DNA of 64,000 nt, from the NCBI GenBank assembly GCA_963714015.1, contig OY970223.1:1344001-1408000 (forward strand), written 5' to 3'. Under the pieces are notes generated by a model that saw nothing but the letters and a program-made list of their open reading frames with translations, was not told the DNA's origin and made no database searches. This stretch comes from Vulcanimicrobiota bacterium. GTDB lineage: Bacteria; Vulcanimicrobiota; Vulcanimicrobiia; Vulcanimicrobiales; Vulcanimicrobiaceae. The first letter of the stretch is position 1. Every line of letters begins with the position of its first letter. The translations under genes and the position numbers were made by a program. Shown piece after piece: positions 10,026 through 19,191 of the stretch.

Positions 10026-11026
10026 AGTTCGAAGTGGTGGGCTGCGAGGGCCCGAAGCGATTTTTTTCGCGTCTCACAAAAGAAACGATCGCACACGGCT
10101 ATCTCTTCACCGGACCCGCGGGTGTGGGAAAGAAGACGTTTTCCCGCGTGCTCGCCCAGTCGCTGCTGTGCGAAGCCCCGCACCGCGACGGGCTGCTCGG
10201 CTATGACGGAACGTGCCAAGCCTGCAGACTGATCGGCAAAGAAGAGACCCGCCACCCGGATCTGATGGAGAGCGCCGGTGCGCTGAAGATCGGCGAATCG
10301 GACGAGGCTCTTGGTTTTCATGAAGCCGAGTCGATCACGTCGCGCGATCTGGTGCGGCAACTTTCGCTCCAATCGTATTCCGGCGGATTTCGCGTCTTCA
10401 TCTTGGGTGACGTCGATTTCGCTTCACCCGCAGCCGCAAACGCGCTGCTGAAATTCTTCGAAGAACCCCCGCCGCGCGTCGTCTTGCTGCTGACGACGTC
10501 GACGCCGGCAAGGCTCCTTGACACGATCCGCTCGCGCCTCGTCGAGATTCGCTTTGCGTCGCTCAGTCAGGCGCAGATCGTCGAGATCTTGCGCAGTAAG
10601 GGCTACGCTCAAGAGCAGGCGCAAACGGGCGCGGCGTTAGCTCAAGGATCGGCCGCACGCGCAATTGCCGCATTGGCGCAAGACGAAGAAGAGTTGCGCG
10701 CACAGGTTGCTTCGTGGTTTTTCGAGGTGGTCGGCGGCGCTACACCGGATGAAACGTGGGCGACGCGTGAGACGCTCGACGAAGGGCTGGAGATACTCAA
10801 GACGCTCGTACGCGATTGGCTGGCGCTTTCGGGAACCGGAAACGACGCACCCGTTCTCGCGGTCGATTACGCTTCAGACCTTCGAAGACTGCGAAAAATC
10901 GAGCCCGTGCATGCCGTGCACATTCTTTCTCAAGTTTCGGAAGCTCAGCGCCTCGCCCGCACCAATGTGAGTCCGGCCTTGGTCGGTGAGATCGTGCGTA
11001 TGGCGCTAACGTCGGCCGCCGCTTAA
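10022..11026 (+). CDS. holB: DNA polymerase III delta' subunit
   Basis: HGYLFTGPAGVGK, C..C, HPD, AANALLKFFEEPP, LLDTIRSR; follows tmk. Confidence 0.9.
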   Translation: MKFEVVGCEGPKRFFSRLTKETIAHGYLFTGPAGVGKKTFSRVLAQSLLCEAPHRDGLLGYDGTCQACRLIGKEETRHPDLMESAGALKIGESDEALGFHEAESITSRDLVRQLSLQSYSGGFRVFILGDVDFASPAAANALLKFFEEPPPRVVLLLTTSTPARLLDTIRSRLVEIRFASLSQAQIVEILRSKGYAQEQAQTGAALAQGSAARAIAALAQDEEELRAQVASWFFEVVGGATPDETWATRETLDEGLEILKTLVRDWLALSGTGNDAPVLAVDYASDLRRLRKIEPVHAVHILSQVSEAQRLARTNVSPALVGEIVRMALTSAAA

Positions 11027-11036
11027 CCGAGCGACG

Positions 11037-11756
11037 TTACCAGGGCGAGCGGAAGGCGAGTTCTTGATACTGACGCGCGACGATCAGTGCGACGTATCCG
11101 AGCGCGAACGCATCCAGAAGCAGGCGTGCAACGTCGTAACCCGGACCGAGATACATGCCGATCTGCGTCGGCAGAATGAGTGCAACGTAGAAGTACACGG
11201 CGATGCTGACGATGGCCAGGATCGCGGTGGGCAGCGGATGACGGCGCGCCGTCTGCAGTGAAACGGAGAACGATCCGCCGGCCGGTACGCCGCCCATCGC
11301 AACGGCCGGGATGCTGTAGATGAACGCCCAGACCGCGAGGGCACCCAAGGCGTAGCCGGCGTACGGTATGCGAAAGACTCCGGTGATGATGCCGTCTCCG
11401 ATAAGTTCGGCAACGTAGATCAAGAAGAAGAACCCGAGCACGGTGATCAGGATATCGCCGCCTTTGCGACGCGCGGTGCTCCATGCGGCGCTCAGGCTCG
11501 CGCGGTTGTGGCGCCAGGCATCGTCGGCGAAGATGACGGAAACCGCAAACGCGAAGCCGTCGACGAGTCGCGCGATCAGATTGAAAATCCCCATCGTGGC
11601 GCCGCCGGTCGGCTCGGAGAACCAACTGCCGAAATAGCCGATGCCGATTCCGACGGCGGCTCCGATCAGCGGGAAGAGCATCACGCCTAAATTGCGCGCG
11701 TACAGCGGCAGCGCCTGAAGATAGATCATCAGATCCAAGCCGCCCGTGCGCCGCAT
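11037..11756 (-). CDS. Hypothetical integral membrane protein
   Basis: About 6 hydrophobic segments; starts a few bases after the mtnP stop; start codon uncertain. Confidence 0.7.
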   Translation of the reverse strand: MRRTGGLDLMIYLQALPLYARNLGVMLFPLIGAAVGIGIGYFGSWFSEPTGGATMGIFNLIARLVDGFAFAVSVIFADDAWRHNRASLSAAWSTARRKGGDILITVLGFFFLIYVAELIGDGIITGVFRIPYAGYALGALAVWAFIYSIPAVAMGGVPAGGSFSVSLQTARRHPLPTAILAIVSIAVYFYVALILPTQIGMYLGPGYDVARLLLDAFALGYVALIVARQYQELAFRSPW

Positions 11757-11758
11757 CG

Positions 11759-12565
11759 CTAAGCCCTCGCGCCTTCCAGCGCGTGGCGACACTTGCAATC
11801 CGCGTCGACGTCCAGTTTCTCGACGATCCGGTAGATACCGTCCTTCACGCGCGCATTGTTCTTGTTGAAGACTTCGATTACCTCATGGTGCGAAACGGGT
11901 TCGATGCCGCCTACGCCTTCGAGGCCGACGTCGTAGTCGGTGATCAGCGAGATGTTGACGTAGCACATTTCCAGCTCGCGGGCCAGATACGACTCCGGAT
12001 ACTGGGTCATGTTGATGACTTCCCAGCCCAGCCCCGAAAACCAGCGCGATTCCGCGCGCGTCGAAAACCTCGGCCCTTGGATCACGACGATGGTGCCTCG
12101 CTCGTGCGTCTCGATGCCGAGCGAGCGGAGCGCTTCGATGGCAATCGGACGCATCGTCGGGCAGTACGGATCCGCAAAGCTGACGTGCGTGGTAATCGGA
12201 CCGTCGTAGAACGTGTCGACGCGGCTCGTCGTGCGATCGACGACCTGATCCGCGACGACCATCGAGCCCGGTTTCACTTCCGCCTTCAGCGATCCGCAGG
12301 CAGTAGGCGCGATGATTCGTTTCACGCCCAGCATCTTCATTGCGTACAAATTTGCGCGGTAGTTGATCTCGTGCGGCGGAAAACGATGGTCTTTACCGTG
12401 CCGCGGCAAGAACGCCACTTTCTTTCCCGCTATTTCCCCGAGCGCCAGCCTGTCGCTGGGCGCACCGTAAGGTGTCTCGATTGCGACTTCACGAGCGTTT
12501 TCGATGAGCGAATAAAAGCCCGATCCGCCAAAAACGCCGACGTCGGCGCGTTCCTTAGTCTCCAT
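11759..12565 (-). CDS. mtnP: S-methyl-5'-thioadenosine phosphorylase
   Basis: GGSGFY, TPYGAPS, PRHG, NYRAN, ACGSL, GPRFSTRAES, INMT, TDYD. Confidence 0.92.
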   Translation of the reverse strand: METKERADVGVFGGSGFYSLIENAREVAIETPYGAPSDRLALGEIAGKKVAFLPRHGKDHRFPPHEINYRANLYAMKMLGVKRIIAPTACGSLKAEVKPGSMVVADQVVDRTTSRVDTFYDGPITTHVSFADPYCPTMRPIAIEALRSLGIETHERGTIVVIQGPRFSTRAESRWFSGLGWEVINMTQYPESYLARELEMCYVNISLITDYDVGLEGVGGIEPVSHHEVIEVFNKNNARVKDGIYRIVEKLDVDADCKCRHALEGARA

Positions 12566-12602
12566 AGGCCCCGGCGGTTCTATTAGGCGTCGAAGCGGGC
12601 CT

Positions 12603-13076
12603 TTATCGATTAAAGTCGCTGGGTTTCAAATCTTCGATGAATTTCTTGAAGCGCTCGACTTCGGCGTCTTCGGTTTTTTTGTCGGGAACCGATTCTTCCA
12701 GGACAATCTTGTCCGAAACGTAGATCGGTGCGCTCATCCGAAGCGCGAGCGCTATGCCGTCCGACGGGCGCGCGTCGATCTCTTGCAGATCGCCGTTCGT
12801 GCGCACGATGAGCTTGGCGAAGAACGTCGATTCGCGAATATCGTGAATGACGACTTGTTCCAAGCGCGCGTCGAGGGTTTCCAAAACGGTGCGCATCAAA
12901 TCATGGGTCAGCGGACGCGGAACCGGTGCGCCCTCCAGCGCCAGTGCAATTGCGGTTGCTTCGAACGGACCGATCAGAATCGGCAGAAAGCGTTTGCCGT
13001 CCATGTCCTTCAGGATGACAACCGGGTCGTGCGTGAGCAGATCGATTCCGAGCTTGTCAACCTTCATCTGGCGCAT
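12603..13076 (-). CDS. Bifunctional nuclease family (DUF151) protein
   Basis: LPILIGPFEA, PRPLTHDL, DARPSDGIALA. Confidence 0.9.
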   Translation of the reverse strand: MRQMKVDKLGIDLLTHDPVVILKDMDGKRFLPILIGPFEATAIALALEGAPVPRPLTHDLMRTVLETLDARLEQVVIHDIRESTFFAKLIVRTNGDLQEIDARPSDGIALALRMSAPIYVSDKIVLEESVPDKKTEDAEVERFKKFIEDLKPSDFNR

Positions 13077-13171
13077 GTTAACTAATCCTACGAATGTCGG
13101 CTTCAATCATTCCTGACCAGGCAGCCCCGCCAGGGTGCTCGGCGGCGGCGGCCGAACGGTGCGCGTTCACC

Positions 13172-14266
13172 ATGGCTCTTTCGTGCGGAATCGTCGGCTT
13201 GCCCAACGTAGGCAAGTCCACCATCTTCAACGCGCTCACCCGCTCGGCGCAAGCGCTCGCGGCCAATTACCCGTTCGCCACCATTGAGCCGAACGTCGGC
13301 GAGGTGCCGGTGCCGGACGACCGGCTCGAGGTCCTTGCGGATCTCGTGCAGAGCCAACGAATCGTCCCGGCGACGATGCGATTCGTGGATATCGCCGGCT
13401 TGGTTCGCGGCGCGAGTGCCGGACAAGGGCTGGGGAACGCCTTCCTGAGCCACATCCGCGAAACGGAGGCCGTTGCAATGGTCGTCCGGTGCTTCCAGGA
13501 TGAGAACGTCACGCACGTCGAGGGTGGGCCCGACCCGCAGCGGGATATCGAGATTATCAACATCGAGATGGCCTTGGCGGATCTCGCGACCCTTCGCAAG
13601 CGGTTGGACAAGCTCGAGCGCGAAGCTCGGGCAAACCCCAAACTGAAGTATAAACTCGACGCGGCGAAGACCCTGGTCGACGCTTTGGAGGCAGGCCGCG
13701 CAGCGCGCTCGTTCCCGAAGGACTCGCAGGAGGCCGAAGTGGCCGCCGAGTCGTTCCTGCTTACGGCAAAGCCCATGCTCTACGTCGCGAACATCGACGA
13801 AGAGCAGATCGGCAATCCGGGGCCTTTGATGCGCGTCGTGGAGCAGGCGGCCGCCGCCGAAGGCAGCCGGGTGGTCGCCTTTTGCGGAAAAGTCGAGGCG
13901 GAGCTGGCTGGCCTGAGCGACGAGGAGGCCAAGGAGTTTTGCGCCGAGCTCGGCATCGCGCGAGGGGGTCTGGAGCAACTGATCGTTTCAGCCTACGACT
14001 TGCTCGGCTTGATGACGTTCCTGACCGCCGGTGAGAAAGAGGTCCGCGCCTGGACGATCGAGCGGGGCACTAAGGCGCCGCAGGCGGCCGGTAAGATCCA
14101 CACCGATATCGAGCGAGGGTTCATTCGGGCCGAGATCGTTTCGTACGGGGATTACGTTCAATACCGCACGATGGAGGCGCTGCGCACCGCCGGCTTGGTG
14201 CGCCAGGAGGGCAAAGAGTACGTCATGCAAGAGGGCGACGTCGTAAACTTTAAATTCAACGTCTAG
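13172..14266 (+). CDS. ychF: Ribosome-binding ATPase YchF
   Basis: GIVGLPNVGKST, ANYPFATIEPN, DIAGLVRGAS, GLGNAFL, AGKIHTD, EGKEY. Confidence 0.97.
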   Translation: MALSCGIVGLPNVGKSTIFNALTRSAQALAANYPFATIEPNVGEVPVPDDRLEVLADLVQSQRIVPATMRFVDIAGLVRGASAGQGLGNAFLSHIRETEAVAMVVRCFQDENVTHVEGGPDPQRDIEIINIEMALADLATLRKRLDKLEREARANPKLKYKLDAAKTLVDALEAGRAARSFPKDSQEAEVAAESFLLTAKPMLYVANIDEEQIGNPGPLMRVVEQAAAAEGSRVVAFCGKVEAELAGLSDEEAKEFCAELGIARGGLEQLIVSAYDLLGLMTFLTAGEKEVRAWTIERGTKAPQAAGKIHTDIERGFIRAEIVSYGDYVQYRTMEALRTAGLVRQEGKEYVMQEGDVVNFKFNV

Positions 14267-14368
14267 CCTCGCTCGCGGCTCCGACCTGCGACGTTTCCCG
14301 CATAGGGGAACCCCCCGCCGGACCATAATTCCGCTGGGTTGGACTATTGCTGGAGGCACTAAAGCTCT

Positions 14369-15628
14369 ATGACTACCGCTGTGCGTGAAGTTTCGGTTTT
14401 CGGGGACGGCATCGCTTATTTCAATGAGGCGGCCAATCTCCTAGAACTGGATCACACGATGCGCGCAATTCTGACGCATCCCACGCGCCAAATTATTTTC
14501 TCGATTCCGTTTCAACGCGACAACGGCGAGTTCGAAGTTTACACGGGATATCGCGTGCAATACAACTTTGCGCGCGGACCGGCGAAGGGCGGCATTCGGT
14601 TTCATCCCGGCGTTACACTTGACGAGGTTACGGCGCTTGCATTTTGGATGACTTGGAAGTGCGCGGTCGTCGACCTTCCCTTCGGCGGCGGTAAAGGGGG
14701 CGTCACGTGCGATCCCACCAAGCTCTCGATGGGCGAACTCGAGCGGATCACCCGGCGTTACGCCGCAGAGCTCGTTGAAGTCGTTGGCCCGGACAAAGAC
14801 GTGCCCGCGCCGGACGTCAATACGAATCCGCAGACGATGGCATGGTTCATGGACACGTTTTCAATGCACATGCGCCAGTCCGTTCCCGGCGTCGTTACGG
14901 GCAAGCCGCTCGTCATCGGCGGGTCGCGCGGCCGCGTGGAGGCAACCGGCCGCGGCGTGATGATCTGCGGTATGGACGAGATGGCGAACATGGGACTCGA
15001 GCCGGCCGGGACGCGGATCCTCATCCAAGGCTTCGGCAACGTCGGCATGTGGGCTGCGCGTCTGTTCCACGAGCGCGGCTGCAAAGTCGTCGGCATTTCC
15101 GACGTAACGGGGGCGTACTACAATCCCAGCGGCATCGACATCGCCAACGCCGTAGCGCACTCGCAGGAGCACCACAATCTGGACGGATTCCGCGGCGGCG
15201 AAAAGATCAGCAATCTGGAACTGCTTGAAGCAGACTGCGAAGTGCTCGTTCCGGCGGCGCTCGAAAAAGTGCTCACCGCCGAAAACGCTCCCAAAGTCAA
15301 AGCCAAGCTGATCGTGGAAGGGGCGAACGGCCCGACGACGCCCGAAGCCGATCGGATATTCAACGAACGCGGCATCACCGTCATTCCGGACATCATGGCC
15401 AATGCCGGCGGCGTGACCGTTTCATACTTCGAGTGGGTTCAAGACCGCATGGGCTATTTTTGGAAGGAGTCCGAGGTCAACGAGCGTCTGGAAGACACGC
15501 TCATCTCGAACTTCCACGAATTGCGCGCGGTCTCGCAGCGCCATCGCGTCCCGTACCGCACGTCGGCATACATGATGGGCATCGACCGCGTCGTGCAGGC
15601 GCTCAAGCTTCGCGGCGTCTACGCGTAA
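14369..15628 (+). CDS. gdhA: Glu/Leu/Phe/Val dehydrogenase (glutamate dehydrogenase)
   Basis: RGPAKGGIRF, MTWK, GGGKGG, DVPAPD, VTGK, QGFGNVG, EGANGP, ANAGGVTVSYFEW. Confidence 0.93.
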   Translation: MTTAVREVSVFGDGIAYFNEAANLLELDHTMRAILTHPTRQIIFSIPFQRDNGEFEVYTGYRVQYNFARGPAKGGIRFHPGVTLDEVTALAFWMTWKCAVVDLPFGGGKGGVTCDPTKLSMGELERITRRYAAELVEVVGPDKDVPAPDVNTNPQTMAWFMDTFSMHMRQSVPGVVTGKPLVIGGSRGRVEATGRGVMICGMDEMANMGLEPAGTRILIQGFGNVGMWAARLFHERGCKVVGISDVTGAYYNPSGIDIANAVAHSQEHHNLDGFRGGEKISNLELLEADCEVLVPAALEKVLTAENAPKVKAKLIVEGANGPTTPEADRIFNERGITVIPDIMANAGGVTVSYFEWVQDRMGYFWKESEVNERLEDTLISNFHELRAVSQRHRVPYRTSAYMMGIDRVVQALKLRGVYA

Positions 15629-15659
15629 AGTCCAGCCCTCGGGGGGTGAACTTGCCCAA

Positions 15660-16769
15660 CTGCAGGCTCGCCTCGACGATCTTCACGATCGCATCGAGCG
15701 GGAGAACTCGCGCGCGCTAGGCTATCCCTCCGCCAAGGACTTCGATTACCGCTCGCTGCTGAAGTTTCTCGCGTTTCCCATCAACAACGTCGGCGATCCC
15801 TTTGCCGACGGTACGTATCAAGTCGAGACGCACGAGTTTGAGCGCGAAGTGCTCGCGTTCTTCGCCGAGTTGCTGCGAGCGCCGGCAGACGACTGGTGGG
15901 GATACGTCACCAACGGCGGGACCGAAGGCAATCTTTACGGCCTCTATCTGGCTCGCGAACTCTTTCCGAGCGGCATCGTCTACTACTCCGAGCACACGCA
16001 CTATAGCGTTGCGAAGAACCTGCACTTCTTGGGCATGCGTCATATCATGATTCGCGCCTCGGGCAATGGTGAGATTGACTACGACGACCTGCGCGAGACG
16101 CTGCGCATCCGGCGCGACGTTCCGCCGATAGTCTTTGCAAACGTCGGAACGACGATGACCGAGGCCCGTGACGACGTCGGCAAGATCCGGGAGATCATGG
16201 ATTCTATGGCGATCCGCGAGCGCTACATTCACTCCGATGCGGCACTCGACGGCGCGTACGCTTCCTTCGTAGAGCCGCGCCCCGCTTTCGACTTTGCGGA
16301 CGGCGCAGACAGCATCGCGATCAGCGGCCACAAATTCTTGGGATCGCCTATCCCGTGCGGTATCGTTCTGGCGCGCAAGCGAAACGTGCAGCGCATCGCC
16401 CGATCGATCGACTACATCGGCAGCTTGGACACGACGATCAGCGGTTCACGTAACGGTTTCACTCCGCTGCTGCTGTGGCATCGGCTGCGGACGCTTGGAA
16501 TAGACGGTTTGCGAAGACGTGCGCTCGGCGCGCTGGAGCTGGCGGGCTATGCGGAAGCTCGGCTGAAATCCGCAGGCGTCCCGGCTTGGCGCAATCCGAA
16601 CGCAATTACCGTCGTCTTTCCGCGCGTGGACGCAAAGGCTCGCGAAAAATGGCAGCTGGCCACCCAAGGGGATATCTCACACCTCATCGTGATGCCCGGC
16701 ATCACCAAATCGCACATCGACGCCTTCGTGGAGGACCTTCGTGCAACGGATAACGGTAGTCGCTCCTAA
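15660..16769 (+). CDS. PLP-dependent group II decarboxylase, histidine (or serine) decarboxylase-like; start codon unresolved
   Basis: In frame upstream of the listed ORF: LGYP...INNVGDPF...FEREV; then WGYVTNGGTEGN, THYSV, HSDAA, SGHKFLGSPIPCG, TISGSRNG. Confidence 0.85.
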   Translation: MQARLDDLHDRIERENSRALGYPSAKDFDYRSLLKFLAFPINNVGDPFADGTYQVETHEFEREVLAFFAELLRAPADDWWGYVTNGGTEGNLYGLYLARELFPSGIVYYSEHTHYSVAKNLHFLGMRHIMIRASGNGEIDYDDLRETLRIRRDVPPIVFANVGTTMTEARDDVGKIREIMDSMAIRERYIHSDAALDGAYASFVEPRPAFDFADGADSIAISGHKFLGSPIPCGIVLARKRNVQRIARSIDYIGSLDTTISGSRNGFTPLLLWHRLRTLGIDGLRRRALGALELAGYAEARLKSAGVPAWRNPNAITVVFPRVDAKAREKWQLATQGDISHLIVMPGITKSHIDAFVEDLRATDNGSRS

Positions 16770-17130
16770 TCGCCGCGGAGTAATCGCTGAAGTCACGGAG
16801 ACTCTCGCCCGCAAGAAAATCAGCATCGCTTCAATCGCGGCCGACACCATCGGGTCGCAGGGCGTGGTCCACCTCGATTTGGAGGACGCCGACAGTGCAG
16901 TTGCGGCCCTTACCGCAGCCGGATTTCAAGCCGTGACCCAAGACGTGCTGCTCGCGCGTATCAAGGATCGTCCCGGCGCCGTGGCCGAGCTCTCCCGGCG
17001 GCTATTGGAAGCGCAGCTCGACATTCGCGGCCTGAACATGGTGCAGCGAAACGAAGGCTGGGCCGTAATCGCCGTTTCGACCAGCGACAACACCACCGCG
17101 CGCAGGGTGCTTGCCGAAGAAGCTATTTGA
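16741..17130 (+). CDS. Tandem ACT-domain protein
   Basis: Two ACT repeats (NRRGVIAEV; DRPGAVAEL...LDI); overlaps the decarboxylase end. Confidence 0.8.
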   Translation: MQRITVVAPNRRGVIAEVTETLARKKISIASIAADTIGSQGVVHLDLEDADSAVAALTAAGFQAVTQDVLLARIKDRPGAVAELSRRLLEAQLDIRGLNMVQRNEGWAVIAVSTSDNTTARRVLAEEAI

Positions 17131-17441
17131 GTTCGCGCAGGCTCGGAGATAGGCTCGACCGGAAGACCGGCATCTTTCCAAGCCGAATAGCCACCCTCCA
17201 GCGCTTGCGCGTTGACGTAGCCGCGACCGCGCAATTCCGCTGCAATCCGCGAGCACGAGTTGCCGCTGCCGCAATAGAGCACGACGCTCTGCTCTTTGCC
17301 GAACGGAAGCCGGTCCGACTCAGCGAGCTGTTCGCCCTCGTATCGCACCGAGCCGGGAATCTGATGTTCGTCGGGCTTCTTGCGAATGTCGATCAGCAGC
17401 GTATCGTTCGGGGCGTTCTGCACGTCTTCAATCCTGGCCAT
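17123..17441 (-). CDS. Rhodanese-like domain protein; probable 1-bp insertion at ~17141 moves the stop
   Basis: LIDIR, IPGS, VLYCGSG, LEGGYSAW; removing one base in AGGCT (17139-17143) gives ...ISELRELK* ending at 17123 instead of a 205-bp antisense overlap. Confidence 0.8.
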
Positions 17442-17459
17442 GCGTCCATTTACAACACA

Positions 17460-17483
17460 GAGGCACCCGTTTCCGGGTGCCTC
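17460..17483 (-). terminator. Hairpin or intrinsic terminator after the SGNH lipoprotein gene
   Basis: Minus strand GAGGCACCCG-GAAA-CGGGTGCCTC (10-bp stem, GNRA loop) followed by a weak TGTGTT tail. Confidence 0.55.
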
Positions 17484-17514
17484 CATCGTTCGCGACGTCT
17501 AGTTGACGTCTATG

Positions 17515-19173
17515 TTAGTGATGATAAGGATCGGTTGCGAAGATCTCCTGGAGTTGCGCCGTCGTCAAGAGTGGCGTATTCGAGCCGGTTGCGGCGTTGG
17601 TCGCTGCGAGGAACGCGTTTGCAACGAACGCATAGCCGGTGTTCGAGGGATGGAGCCCGTCCCAACTGACCAGGCCGCCGCCGAATGCGAGCGTGCAGCA
17701 CTTGGCATTGACGGAGAATTGGCCCGGCGCAGTGCCGCTATAGAACTCAGAGAAGAGACTGTTGATCGGCACCAGTGTGACGCCGCCGCTCCTGCCGGCT
17801 GCATCGATGATTTGATTGTAGCCGGCGTTGAGTGCATTGGTATCGGCAGCGAGTTTGTCGCTGACGAAGTCGCACTCGGCGTTGAAACCGGTTCCCGGCA
17901 GCGTGGGCGTGCCGCCCGGCGGCGAGCAGGTTGCGTCGTTCAAACCGGGCGTCCCTGGAACGGCGAGCGGACTGGCCGCAATCGACGCGCCGATCTGCGA
18001 GAACGCGCTGATGAACCCGGTCTCGGTCAGGTATGCGCCGCTGTCGATGCCGTACGCGGCTTGGATCTCGGCGGTCACTCCGGCCGCGTCGGCTTGAACC
18101 TGTGAAGCCGGAAGTTTGGGTGCAACGATCGGAATGAAATTCAGCAGCGCGCAGAACACGTAATTCTGCAGCGGGCACTGGGCAGCCGGATTCGCCGGCA
18201 TACCGCCTTCAAAAAACTGCGGGGTATTCAACACCGTCGGAAGATCGGCGACGACCACTTTGGCGCCCGACGCTTCCAATTGTCCGACGATCGAAGTCAG
18301 GTCGGTTTGGAACTGCGCCGGCGTATCGGTTACCGGCGAGGCTTCGCCGGAGAAGACGAACTTCAGCAAGTCGTTCGCACCCAGCCACACCGTCACGAGC
18401 TTGGGATGCAGTGAGAGCGCCGCTTTGAGCTGCGTCGCATTTCCGAGTCCAAGCGTTTGCTGGAACTGGCCCAAAATGGGATAGTACATGCCGCTCTCAC
18501 CCGAGACGAGCGACTGAAGATTTCCGGCGGTGCGGTCGAGCGGGTTGGAAAGATAGCCGCAGCTCTGCCCGTTCGGCGGGCCGGTGAGCGGCGCAGTCAT
18601 TGCCACTGCTTCGTGCATCGTGATGCCGGGAACGCCGAGATTGGCTATCGGCGCGCCGGGATTGAGCCGCGTACTCGTCCACGCAGTGTTGGAATATGCC
18701 TGATCGTTGAAGGCGTCGCATGACGAGTGCGTTGCGGCGAACGGCACTCCCGGGATGTTGGACGCGACGAGTTCGCCTGCAAGGCCGGGCCCTTTAATCA
18801 GCGGCAGCGGTCCGGACGGACTGCCTAGCGCGGTGTCGACGTTGTAGTGCAGAGGATCGAGCGTGATGCCGTTCATCTGCGCGTACACGAGCGCCCAAAA
18901 TCCGTTCTCCTGCGTGACCGGTACGATGCCGCCCGGCAGCGCGCTGATCGGATTCGTCACCGTAGGATCGCCGAGCACGCCGCTCGACTGTTCTCCGGCA
19001 GTCAAACTGTCGCCGATTCCGACGAAGTTTTGCGGTTTTAGGCCGCCGGTGCCGGGCGGAACGCCGGGCACGGGAGGCGCGGGCGCCGGCGTGACGCCGG
19101 TGCCGTTGCCGCTGCACGCGGCAAGTGCGACGAGCGCGAGAACTGCGAGCGGCCGTTTAAAGGAATCTCTCAT
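17515..19173 (-). CDS. SGNH/GDSL hydrolase lipoprotein
   Basis: Lipobox LAAC; GIGDSL (block I), NLGVPG, WLGAND (block III), DGLHPS (block V). Confidence 0.85.
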   Translation of the reverse strand: MRDSFKRPLAVLALVALAACSGNGTGVTPAPAPPVPGVPPGTGGLKPQNFVGIGDSLTAGEQSSGVLGDPTVTNPISALPGGIVPVTQENGFWALVYAQMNGITLDPLHYNVDTALGSPSGPLPLIKGPGLAGELVASNIPGVPFAATHSSCDAFNDQAYSNTAWTSTRLNPGAPIANLGVPGITMHEAVAMTAPLTGPPNGQSCGYLSNPLDRTAGNLQSLVSGESGMYYPILGQFQQTLGLGNATQLKAALSLHPKLVTVWLGANDLLKFVFSGEASPVTDTPAQFQTDLTSIVGQLEASGAKVVVADLPTVLNTPQFFEGGMPANPAAQCPLQNYVFCALLNFIPIVAPKLPASQVQADAAGVTAEIQAAYGIDSGAYLTETGFISAFSQIGASIAASPLAVPGTPGLNDATCSPPGGTPTLPGTGFNAECDFVSDKLAADTNALNAGYNQIIDAAGRSGGVTLVPINSLFSEFYSGTAPGQFSVNAKCCTLAFGGGLVSWDGLHPSNTGYAFVANAFLAATNAATGSNTPLLTTAQLQEIFATDPYHH

Positions 19174-19191
19174 CGTGATAAACCCCGTCTG

